Positions 36,876 to 46,172 of a DNA stretch of 59,844 bases are shown here, in pieces. Numbering within the stretch: the first letter of the stretch is position 1; every line of letters starts with the position of its first letter. Made by a program: the position numbers and the translations under genes. The notes beneath the pieces are model-generated. The model did no database searches. It was not told the DNA's origin and was given only the letters and a program-made list of their open reading frames with translations. The stretch comes from an uncultured delta proteobacterium (GTDB lineage Bacteria; Desulfobacterota; WTBG01; CAIYCZ01). The stretch spans positions 1-59,844 of the forward strand of contig CAWDOY010000023.1 in NCBI GenBank assembly GCA_963803975.1, read 5' to 3'.

Positions 36876-37027
36876 CAGGTTGCTGAAAAAGTAATCTTTT
36901 ACAGACTGGTCAAAAACATCCAGATGCAAGGCGCGCGAAACCCTGAGGAATGAGGCGTACTCTTACCGTACGTCGCAATGACGAAGGATGAGCTCAACGC
37001 AGCAGATGGGTGTTTTTCAACAGCCTG
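36876..37027 (+). mobile_element. 152-bp MITE copy 1 (IS5/IS1182-like ends)
   Basis: TIRs CAGGTTGCTGAAAAA / TTTTTCAACAGCCTG; closely similar copy at 40362..40513. Confidence 0.8.
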
Positions 37028-37041
37028 GTAGAGGTAATGCT

Positions 37042-37491
37042 GTGCGGGCAGTAGTGCAACGGGTAAAACAGTCCTCAGTAACAGTTGCCGGGGCTGAGAC
37101 GGGAAGCATTGGAACAGGGTTTCTGGTATTTCTTGGTGTTGCTCACGATGATACCCCTCACGACCTTGAGTATCTGATTTCTAAAATCATTAACCTGCGG
37201 GCTTTTGAGGATGCTGAGGGCAGGATGAACCGGGGCCTGCAGGAAGTGGGCGGTGCAATGCTGGTTGTCTCACAGTTCACGCTGCTTGCCGACTGCCGCA
37301 GAGGGCGGCGCCCGTCATTTACTGAAGCCGCAGCGCCTGAAAAAGCACAGGCCTTTTATAATGATTTCATCTCCAGCATCAGAAACCAGGGCATCCGTGT
37401 GGCGTCCGGGGTTTTTCAGGCAGACATGGAAGTGTCTATTCTCAACGACGGTCCGGTTACGTTTCTTCTTGACAGCAAAAAACTTTTTTAA
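37042..37491 (+). CDS. dtd: D-aminoacyl-tRNA deacylase
   Basis: (V)RAVVQRV, SQFTL, NDGPVT; GTG start after GAGGT. Confidence 0.95.
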   Translation: MRAVVQRVKQSSVTVAGAETGSIGTGFLVFLGVAHDDTPHDLEYLISKIINLRAFEDAEGRMNRGLQEVGGAMLVVSQFTLLADCRRGRRPSFTEAAAPEKAQAFYNDFISSIRNQGIRVASGVFQADMEVSILNDGPVTFLLDSKKLF

Positions 37492-37540
37492 AGTTATCAG
37501 GCAAATTAAAACCAGGAGTCCACTGAGGCATCGGTACAAA

Positions 37541-37574
37541 AAGCTAATAGCTATAAGCTGTCAGCTTTCGGCCT
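37541..37574. repeat. 7-mer AGCTRNY-type repeat
   Basis: aagctaatagctataagctgtcagctttcggc; same family at 25891, 55219 and 56633. Confidence 0.55.
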
Positions 37575-37640
37575 TTAATTATTTTCTCTTTTCTGGGTAA
37601 TGGCTGTAACAACACAATCAACAGACAGGGGGTAACGAGT

Positions 37641-38627
37641 ATGAAGACTACATTTTTTTGCTCACCAGTTATGCGGCCGCTTATCCTCATTTTCTGCATG
37701 GCGCTGTGCGTTGTCTCAGGCTGTAAAGGAATTTTTCTGTATGTAAGCAAAGGTGATTTTTACCAGCCGGGAAAACTTTCAGTGCAGGTTATTTCGCTGG
37801 AGGCCGGCGGTGAATTACAAACCCCGGTACCGATGGACATTTACACGCCGACAGATCTCTTCAGATACCCGGTGATAATCTTTCAGCATGGCTTTACCGG
37901 CTCCATCAAGGGCTATGAGACAATCCTCGGTCATCTTGCCAGCCACGGGTTTGTGGTAGTCGCCCCGCAGATGTATCCGCCGGGAGGCGGCATGGGAGGA
38001 GCGTATCCGACTCCGGAAGAAGAGGCAGCCCTTGGCGTGCAGATAATCTCCTGGGTGCAGGAGAACATAAAAAGCATTGTCCCGGTGAATGCAGATACAA
38101 CACTACTGGGTCTTTCAGGCCACTCACGGGGCGGCCAGACTGCCTACCGCATGGCGCTCCAGGTGCCGGATAAGGTCAAAGCGCTCTCAGGAGTTGACCC
38201 GGTCGATGGACTGATAATGTTCGGGCAGAAACTGGCCATAACCGGCCCGCTTACGTTTAACATTCCCACCTATGTTCTGGGCACCGGCCTGGGGCCCGTG
38301 CCGCTGACCGGATACCGCGTTTGATCTGTCCTGCGCGCCGGCCGACATCGGCTATCAGCACTTCTACGATGCCAGCCCGACCCGTCATGGCTCGCGGTGG
38401 CAACTGAAAACGGGCATACGGACATGCTTGACGAAGATGACCTGTGCAAAAACGGGGTGTGCGACAGCTTCTGCCCCGGCGGGTCGAACCGTGACGGCAT
38501 GCGCGCGTTCACTGCCGGCACGCTGGCAGCCTTTTTCAGCGGCACCCTGCAGGGTAACAAACAGGCGCTGTCAGTGCTCACAGAACCTGATGACGCGCCC
38601 GTACCATGCACCATGGAGAAGAAATAG
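37641..38627 (+). CDS. Chlorophyllase-like alpha/beta-hydrolase lipoprotein (two apparent frameshifts near 38310 and 38380)
   Basis: Lipobox VSGC; YPVIIFQHGF, HLASHGFVVVAPQ, GHSRGG, DPVDG, GTGLG, (other frame) SCAPADIGYQHFY, GHTDMLDED, MRAFTAG. Confidence 0.8.
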
Positions 38628-38682
38628 AACGCGCAGCTTTCAGCTGTTCTCAGCGGAAACATCCCATACTACGGAGGCACTC

Positions 38683-39387
38683 ATGACTAGGCAGGAAATT
38701 GAAAAGACACTGAAAGAAGACCTTGGCGTGAAAAAGGAGATTGTCTCCCTCAAACCCTTGAAGGAATTCCCTCCCGACATCCCCCACTATGAGGGTGTTG
38801 CCACGCCGGGCCTCTGTGTCCAGATCGGCGAGGTGGTTAAGGAGAGAAACGTCTTCTATACCACCCGGGAGAACCACCAGTGCTATGAAGGCCTGATCGC
38901 AACCGGTGTGTGCGAGCTGTCCCGCGATGAGTTCCGCACGGCGGTTGAGGAGTTCCTGGGCAGTTTTCCGGCTTACCGGGACATTGACACGGCGATGAGC
39001 TTGTATGAAAAATGCATTACCTCAATACCGGTCCCGAAGGTTGAGAACAAGTGCCTGCTGGTGGGGCCGTTCAGCAAAATTGATGACCCGGACCTGGTGC
39101 TCATCTTCTGCACGCCCCAGCAGGCAGACATCCTGGTGCGCGTTTATGCATACCTGGGGGAGATCTTTGAAGGGTTCGGCGGCAGCGGCGGGTGCCTCTT
39201 TAATATACGCCACGCCTACTACAAAAGAGTCCCGACCTTCTCCACCAGCGACCTGTCGTGGCGCATGTTTATCGGGCTCAATGAAAATGAGCTGACCGTA
39301 ACCATGCCCTATGAGCGGCTTGCTGCCATAGCGCCGTATATTAAAGACAATGTTGAGTATGTAAACAATTTTTTGTCGATGTTTTAA
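38683..39387 (+). CDS. DUF169-family protein
   Basis: RBS GGAGG; LCVQI, HQCYEG, PDLVLIFCTPQQ, GGCL, GLNENEL pattern. Confidence 0.7.
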   Translation: MTRQEIEKTLKEDLGVKKEIVSLKPLKEFPPDIPHYEGVATPGLCVQIGEVVKERNVFYTTRENHQCYEGLIATGVCELSRDEFRTAVEEFLGSFPAYRDIDTAMSLYEKCITSIPVPKVENKCLLVGPFSKIDDPDLVLIFCTPQQADILVRVYAYLGEIFEGFGGSGGCLFNIRHAYYKRVPTFSTSDLSWRMFIGLNENELTVTMPYERLAAIAPYIKDNVEYVNNFLSMF

Positions 39388-39406
39388 AATACAGGAGGCA
39401 GGAGGA

Positions 39407-39523
39407 ACCACAGAGGACACGGAGTCGTTCTCTGCGATCTCAAAAAGATGCCCTCTACAATCTGGAACTCATGAAATCAGGAAATTTATTTATTTTCTCC
39501 CGTGAGTTCCTGAGTTTCAGATT
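39407..39523. repeat. 9-mer-type inverted repeat pairs
   Basis: aaccacagaggacacggag/ctctgcgatctc and aatctggaactcatgaa/ttcctgagtttcagatt; the latter motif also occurs near 11182. Confidence 0.55.
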
Positions 39524-39586
39524 AAATATTAGTTAGTATTAAATTTTTCTCAAATTTCTGTGATTAATCTTTAAAAGGAGCACGCA

Positions 39587-40348
39587 ATGAGACTGAAGGA
39601 TAAAATCGCCCTGGTTACCGGAGCAGCAGGAGACATCGGCGCGGCCACGGCAAAACGCTTTGCAGAAGAAGGCGCAACCGTTATCCTCTGCGACATTAAT
39701 GTGGAGGGGTGCGAAAAGGTGCTGCAGGAGATTGTGCAAAAGGGCTGCACAAAGGGACCAATTATCCGTGCCGACGTGACTAAAGAAGAAGACATCGTCG
39801 CCATGTTCAGCCGGATAAAACAGGAATGCGGGCGTCTGGATATTCTGGCGGCCATTGCCGGAGGGGACTTTGAAAACAATGTGGCCCTGGACGAGATCGG
39901 CTACGAAAAAATGAGCTACAATATCGACGTCAATCTGAAGTCGACCATCCTCTGCGGCCGCGAAGCGGCAAAGATCATGATGGAGCAGCAGTACGGCCGT
40001 ATCGTCAACATGAGCTCCCTGACCTACCGGGGCAGTTCCATGCAGTTTACCTACGCTGCTGCCAAGGGCGGCATTTTCACCTTTACCCGCAGCGCGGCCA
40101 TGGCCCTGGGCATGTATAATATCACGGTGAATGCGCTTGCTCCCGCACTCATCGACGTCGGCATCATCAGGAACACCCTCGGGCCGGAAATGTGGGAGGC
40201 GCTGCGGGATGACTGCGCGTCGCGCTATCCCATGGGCCGCGTGGGGCAACCCATCGATGTTGCCAACCTCGCACTGTTTTTGGCATCAGATGAGGCATCG
40301 TTTATCACCGGCCAGGTCATCGAGCTTTCCGGCGGCGCGCGCTTATAA
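39587..40348 (+). CDS. Classical SDR oxidoreductase
   Basis: TGAAGDIG, IVNMSS, YAAAK, VNALAP. Confidence 0.93.
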   Translation: MRLKDKIALVTGAAGDIGAATAKRFAEEGATVILCDINVEGCEKVLQEIVQKGCTKGPIIRADVTKEEDIVAMFSRIKQECGRLDILAAIAGGDFENNVALDEIGYEKMSYNIDVNLKSTILCGREAAKIMMEQQYGRIVNMSSLTYRGSSMQFTYAAAKGGIFTFTRSAAMALGMYNITVNALAPALIDVGIIRNTLGPEMWEALRDDCASRYPMGRVGQPIDVANLALFLASDEASFITGQVIELSGGARL

Positions 40349-40361
40349 TTAAGAATACTAA

Positions 40362-40513
40362 CAGGTTGTTGATAAAATTATTTTTCCAAGGCTGGTCAAA
40401 AACATCCGGATGCAAGGCGCGCGAAATTCTGAGGAATGAGGCGTACTGTTAGCGTACGTCGCAATGACGAAGGATGAGCGCAACACAGCAGACGGGTGTT
40501 TTTCAACAGCCTG
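40362..40513 (+). mobile_element. 152-bp MITE copy 2 with CTAA target-site duplication
   Basis: ctaa|CAGGTTGTTGATAAA...TTTTTCAACAGCCTG|ctaa. Confidence 0.82.
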
Positions 40514-40543
40514 CTAATCTGTAACCATGATGGAGGATTCACC

Positions 40544-41348
40544 ATGAAGCATAAGGATAAAGTTGCGATTATTACCGGCGCCAGCATGGGTATTGGCAAG
40601 GCAATGGCGTTTATTCTCGCGGAGGAGGGCTGCCATGTGGTATGCGCGGCGCGGTCGCGCGACAAGATTGAGGAGAATGCCGCAGCTATTCGCGCCAGGG
40701 GCAGAAGAGCTCTGGCTGTGCCGACTGACGTGAGCGACAGGAACTCAGTGCAGCAGATGGTTGACGCGACCATGAAGGAGTTCGGCAGGATCGACATTCT
40801 CATCAATAATGCCGGCGGCCCCATTGCCGGCATGGCGCGGCCCCTGGAAAATTCCAATGAGTTTTTTGATATCATGGACAACCTGACGTTTACCAACATT
40901 GATGATAAAAACTGGAACCAGATTTTTAATATAAATTTTTACGGCGCGGTGTATTGCCGCCAAAGCCGTGCTGCCCATCATGACGAAGCAGGGCTCAGGC
41001 CATATTATTAATATCAGCTCCAAGGCGGGGAAATTAAAAGCTGATGTGGTGCCCGGCATGATATCCTATGCGAGCGCCAAGGGCGCGCTTTCCAAGTTCA
41101 CCGAAGTGCTTGCGTTTGAGCTGATGTGCGAAGGCTCACCGGTCAGGGTCAATGCCATAAGCCCCGGCAATGTCGCGGTCACCCTGCATCAAAACCTTCC
41201 GCCTGAAGAGCTTGAGGGATACCGCAAGCCCGAGGACATCAAGGACATTCTCCTGTTCGTGCTGGACGAAGAAAAATCAGTGAGCGGAGAAATTTACAGC
41301 TCTGAAACCATGAAGACCTGGTATGAGGAAATCCAGGAGGGGCTATAG
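40544..41348 (+). CDS. Classical SDR oxidoreductase, apparent frameshift near 40955
   Basis: TGASMGIG, LINNAG; continuation IINISS, YASAK, VNAISPG. Confidence 0.88.
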
Positions 41349-41444
41349 GCCGCGCCTGCGTGCAGCAGTATATACATACCTTTATAACAAGAGGACACCG
41401 GGTTACCCCTTAGTTTTCTGTGGTTTGATTGAGAGGTCGTTAGT

Positions 41445-43401
41445 ATGGTAAATAATTTTGGCTGGACCGGCACGGTGCTGAGAATAGATCTCGCAACCGG
41501 AAAAGCCGCAAAAGCAGCCAGTCAAAAGTATACTGAAGATTTTATCGGCGGCCGGGCCATGGCCTCACGCATCTACTGGGATGAAGTCTCTCAGGGCATT
41601 GACGCTTTTTCACCGGAGAATGTCCTCCTGATTATGCCCGGCCCGCTGGCAGGAACTCCTGCCACTGCCTGCTCGCGCTGGGTGATGGCGGCAAAATCCC
41701 CCTACTATTATCCTGACCAGTACAGCTTCGGCAATTGCGGCGGCTTTTTAGGTGCGGCTATAAAGTTTGCAGGGTACGATGGGTTTATCATCACGGGGAA
41801 GGCTCAGGCAGCCATCATATATCTTGATAGAAAATGACCGCATGGAGCTGCGCGATGCGACTGGGCTGCGGGGTCTGCCGACAGATGAAACACTTGCAAA
41901 GCTCAAGGCTGCCCATGGCGAGAATGCCCGGGTGATGTGCATCGGTCCTGCAGGAGAAAACCTGGTGCGCTCTGCCATTGTAGTCACCGAGCAGGGCGGC
42001 ACGGTATCAAGCGGCATGGGCGCGGTCATGGGGTCAAAGAACCTGAAGGCTATCGTGGTTAAGGGCAGCAATAAAGTGGCCGTGGCAGACCCTGATAAAT
42101 TAAAGGAGCTTAACAAAAGAATCCGCGCCATGCGCAAGGGGCTGAACGAAAGCGTGTATATGACAGAGCCGTTCCTTGAGGGCATTGAAAAGGTCAAGAA
42201 CAATCCCTGCTATGCCTGCCCCGCGGGATGCATGCGGGCAACATTCCGCCATACCTCGGGCCGGGTGGAAGTGCGAAAAACCTGCGCCGCGGCGTTCTGC
42301 TACATTCCCTTTGACCAGCCCTACCATGGCCAGTCAACCGAGGTGCCGTTTATCGCCACCTCCCTGTGCGACCGGTTCGGGCTGGACACCGGAGAGTTCA
42401 CCAACCTCACCTACTGGCTGCAAAATTGTTTTCATAAGGGAATCTTAAGCGAGGAGGAAACGGGTCTGCCGCTGTCAAAGATCGGCAGCCTTGAGTATGC
42501 AGAAACTTTTGTGGATATGGTTGTCAACCGCAAGGGTTTCGGCGACCTGCTTGCCCAGGGCGTGAGGCGCGCATCAATCGAGATAGGCCCTGATGCAGAA
42601 AAGGCAGGACTTGAGCGGGTCACCCGCTCCGGCTATGTCAATGATGCCTACGGCGCCAGGGTGTTTATGATCACATCACTTTTTTATGCAACTGAAGCGC
42701 GGAACCCCATCGTCCAGCTTCATGAAGTTAATTTCCTGCTGCTGAAATGGGCGCTGTGGCACACCACGGCAGGAGCCATGTCTCCGGTGACAACAGACGA
42801 TCTGCGAAATATCGCGCGTCGCGTCTGGGGCAGCGACAAGGCCGTTGATTTTTCCACCTATGAGGGCAAAGCGCAGGCCGCGTTCATGATCCAGAACCGC
42901 CAGCACGCAAAGGAATCTCTGGTGGCCTGCGACCGGTATCTGCCCATCCTTGACACTGACCAGCAGGAAGACCACATGGGTGACCCGACGTTTGAGCCGG
43001 CGCTCTTTTCCGCGGTGACCGGCCGCGAGATGAGTGAAGCTGATTATTACACGGTTGGCGAGCGCTCCTTTAATATGCAGCGCGCCATCTGTGCCCGTGA
43101 GGGCCGGGCCGGGAGGAAGGATGACAGCCTGAATGAGTTTAATTTCACCGAGCCGGTTGATCATTCAGACGGGGTGTTCGGTATGTTCAATCCCGACCTT
43201 GAGCTGCCGGGCAAAGGCGATGAAATTATTTCGCGCAAGGGCCGGACCCTCGACCGGGCAGAATTTGAGAAGATGAAGGATGAATATTATACCTTCCGCG
43301 GCTGGGACGTGGCAACCGGCCTGCAGACACGAAAGAAGCTGGAGGAACTGCGCATGGGAAATGCCTGCGCAGAGCTTGAGAAACGGGGGCTCTTAAAATA
43401 A
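41445..43401 (+). CDS. Aldehyde:ferredoxin oxidoreductase family (W/Mo-bispterin), paralogue 1, apparent frameshift near 41800
   Basis: GWTGTVLRIDL, IGPAGENLV, GMGAVMGSKNLKA, CYACPAGC, YYTFRGWD. Confidence 0.9.
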
Positions 43402-43625
43402 CAAATCTTGGCTGCGTATTAAGTGTAAAAAGATTTGATTTTAAAGTGACAATTTTAATAAGATTTTTCCTATATCGGTCAATGGCTCCCTGCCAGAGTA
43501 TAATATTCTCTAATAAGCACTGCTTAATACTTTGATACATAAGCATCACTTTTCAGCCTTTGATCGTCACCACAAGATGTTGATTTTTGTCTGATTAACC
43601 CCTGCCCATATCTTTTAACGGATTA

Positions 43626-43654
43626 TTGACACATAAGCTGCACTTTTCTATCTT
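43626..43654 (+). promoter_or_regulatory. Putative sigma70 promoter
   Basis: TTGACA-17 nt-TATCTT. Confidence 0.5.
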
Positions 43655-43820
43655 TAAATTTTATCACAAGATATTACATGCTTGCTTCCTGAAATTTATG
43701 TAGTTTTAACCCCTCAGTTCCGAAAAAAGTAGTAAATAAAAACGCAGCGTCATCCCCAAAGTCAGCAGTGTAAACATCTTGAAGCGTCGCACAGAAGATA
43801 AATGTTCTAAGGAGGATAAA

Positions 43821-44891
43821 ATGAATAAGAAAAAGTTATGCATACCGCTACTATTTACTATTTTATTCTATACAACCTTTGTATGTGCTCAGAGTGATAG
43901 TGATACAGACCCTAACCGCTGGGCCAAAGTAAAAAGCTGGAAAGGTACTTTTACCTTTTTTAGTGGTCCGCAGGACGATGTAACTATTACTTCAGATCCC
44001 CAGTTCATAACAACCAGCACCGCAAGGGTAACCTTGGATGGTAATTTTGTTCTCGATCAAAAGGATACAACAGTATCCGATCTCTATAAATGGAATGGAC
44101 AGGGTCAGGTATCAGGTTCGATTCACGTATTACTGGAGACAAAAGCAATAGATGGTTCCAGCGACTGTATTACTGAAACTAAAGATGCTCAGTCCCTTGC
44201 ACCCCTTGAAAATACCCCTGGCTATAGTCTACAGTGGGACAATGGGGGAGGAGATAAAGGAAAATATTTTTTTGAGACTGGCATATTTATGATTAAAGAT
44301 ATTGTAACACAAACATGTAATGGAACAACCTATCCGCCACTTTATCAGGATTGGACTATTGGTGGTGCCACAACCATCAGTTGGCTAACATTACCTGCAT
44401 CAGGTTACAACATTACAGGTGATGCCGTTGCGCTCTTTAATGGAGCAAACAATGGCCATTTTCATTGGGATTTGGAACCCGCTGAGTTTAACCCCGCACC
44501 ATCCACCTGTGCTTTTGAGAGTGCGGTCCATGATACTGAAAAACTTAATATATTGAGAGCAATGCGGGATTCTATAGCAAATTCCCGAGATGGGGTAGAA
44601 TTGATTTATCTCTATTATTCTAATGTTTCAGAGATTACAAAAACAATACTGTCCGATGCTGAGCTAAGGAATAAATTCACGGAACTCATCATCAATAATA
44701 TAAACCATGGTCAAGAGCTTATTATTGCGGGAGAAACAACGATAACTTGTGAAACCATGCAAGAGGTTATCAGCTTTTTAAATAAACTGAAAGCTAACGG
44801 AAGCCCAAAACTTAATAAACATATTGAATGGATGCTTAAGGGCATTGAGGATAGTTCTTTGCTGGATTCTTTTGGGGTGAGGGTACAGTAA
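43821..44891 (+). CDS. AT-rich secreted beta-rich protein with a CFI-box-CTERM-like C-terminal domain
   Basis: RBS AGGAGG, signal peptide, beta-strand-rich body, C-terminal TCAFES..LNILRAMRD..G.ELIYLYY. Confidence 0.65.
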   Translation: MNKKKLCIPLLFTILFYTTFVCAQSDSDTDPNRWAKVKSWKGTFTFFSGPQDDVTITSDPQFITTSTARVTLDGNFVLDQKDTTVSDLYKWNGQGQVSGSIHVLLETKAIDGSSDCITETKDAQSLAPLENTPGYSLQWDNGGGDKGKYFFETGIFMIKDIVTQTCNGTTYPPLYQDWTIGGATTISWLTLPASGYNITGDAVALFNGANNGHFHWDLEPAEFNPAPSTCAFESAVHDTEKLNILRAMRDSIANSRDGVELIYLYYSNVSEITKTILSDAELRNKFTELIINNINHGQELIIAGETTITCETMQEVISFLNKLKANGSPKLNKHIEWMLKGIEDSSLLDSFGVRVQ

Positions 44892-44936
44892 AGATTTATT
44901 GAACAGCAAGATTTAATGAGAGTTTAACTTTTTTAG

Positions 44937-44964
44937 GCAGGGTCAGCAATGGCCCTGCTTTTTT
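44937..44964 (+). terminator. Rho-independent terminator
   Basis: GCAGGGTCA-gcaa-TGGCCCTGC followed by T-run. Confidence 0.75.
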
Positions 44965-45063
44965 ACAATATGTTGTGGTGGTGTCTTAATGGTCAAAATG
45001 CGCTACTTCTGCTATCAAGTCTGCAGTTACTGTAAAATCACGTGACTATTATTGGTCGTGCTT

Positions 45064-45348
45064 TTACTGCTTATACCCCACATCCACCTTCGGCTCTTCG
45101 GCAATTACAATCGTACCGAATTTTTGCTCATACTTCTGGATGTTGTCACTGAGCGCAGCGACAATGCGTTTCATGTGACCGGGGCTGACGATGATCCGTG
45201 CGGTGACAGCGCCTGCCGGCGGCACCACCATCAGATAATCCATCACAAACTCTTCCCTGGTGTGCGTCACGATCATGTTGTTGGAGTATACGCCACCCTG
45301 GAGCTTCTCCGGGAAATTTACTTTTATTTCCTGTTTATCGTTTGCCAT
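45064..45348 (-). CDS. DUF3467-family protein
   Basis: GVYSNNMIVTHTREEFVMDY..ARIIVSPGHMKR..YEQKFGTI. Confidence 0.8.
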   Translation of the reverse strand: MANDKQEIKVNFPEKLQGGVYSNNMIVTHTREEFVMDYLMVVPPAGAVTARIIVSPGHMKRIVAALSDNIQKYEQKFGTIVIAEEPKVDVGYKQ

Positions 45349-45377
45349 TAAGGATATTCCTTTCACTCATTAGGTTT

Positions 45378-45779
45378 TTAAAACTCCCTGTTAAGAAATT
45401 CCCTTGGATTTAATATCTTAATTCCCAGATACTCTGACACTTCAAGTAAGTCTTTATCACCTGAGATAATATATTCAGCTTTTAACGCGACAGCACATTC
45501 TATGAATTTATCATCATCCGGATCATCAATAACAACTTTTAATACAGGGGTTTTTCCGCTAAAAACTGAGTGAATCCCCCGTGCAAACAGCGAAAATATC
45601 TCTTTCAGCTCCTTCTGGTTCTCCAGTCCAATGCGATCGAGAACAGTGGTGTATTCGCTAACGATCTCCTTTGAAAGACAGAGTGTGAGCTTTCCCTGCT
45701 TCCACATATCAACGATCTTTCGCGGGTTACCGCCAAAAAACGAGGATACAAATACATTGGTATCTATTACTACTTTCAT
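45378..45779 (-). CDS. PIN-domain toxin (VapC-like)
   Basis: MKVVIDTNVFVS, DPDDDKFIECAV, IISGDKDLL. Confidence 0.92.
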   Translation of the reverse strand: MKVVIDTNVFVSSFFGGNPRKIVDMWKQGKLTLCLSKEIVSEYTTVLDRIGLENQKELKEIFSLFARGIHSVFSGKTPVLKVVIDDPDDDKFIECAVALKAEYIISGDKDLLEVSEYLGIKILNPREFLNREF

Positions 45780-46024
45780 TTCTTTGCAGCCCGCGCTTCC
45801 CGGATAGCCTTTTGTATAGTGCCTGCGGTAACACCTTTAGACTTGAGCTTTTTACCAACGCGTGCCCACAGGTCATCAATGTACGTTTCGATATCCCGTT
45901 CCTGGATATAATCTTCTATCAGCTCCCGTATAACCACGCTTACGCTTTTCCCTTCAGCCTTTGCAATTTTTGCAAATTTTAATTTTATTTCATCGTCTAC
46001 GCGGATTATCATTTGTGTTGACAT
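45776..46024 (-). CDS. Ribbon-helix-helix antitoxin
   Basis: QMIIRVDDEIK..AKAEGKSVSVVIRELIEDYI; 4-nt overlap with the PIN gene. Confidence 0.85.
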   Translation of the reverse strand: MSTQMIIRVDDEIKLKFAKIAKAEGKSVSVVIRELIEDYIQERDIETYIDDLWARVGKKLKSKGVTAGTIQKAIREARAAKK

Positions 46025-46039
46025 GCCGTACCTCCAGCA

Positions 46040-46067
46040 AAGTTATAATGTATATACAATATAACTT
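46040..46067. promoter_or_regulatory. TA operator palindrome overlapping the promoter
   Basis: 28-bp palindrome AAGTTATAATGTATATACAATATAACTT (one mismatched pair); minus-strand TTGACT at 46082-46087. Confidence 0.7.
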
Positions 46068-46172
46068 GTCAGGCATTATTAAGTCAAGAATGTTTTCACG
46101 CTAACTATAGGAATGAAAAAGGGGGCAGTTTTTTACAAAGCAAATACCCGGAAATCATTTACACCCTCTTCT

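Noticed and set aside
36988..37041. N-terminal extension of Dtd (MSSTQQMGVFQQPG), and likewise MFFNSLL on ORF 40496
   Set aside because: Both are translations of MITE ends; better starts with RBS lie at 37042 and 40544
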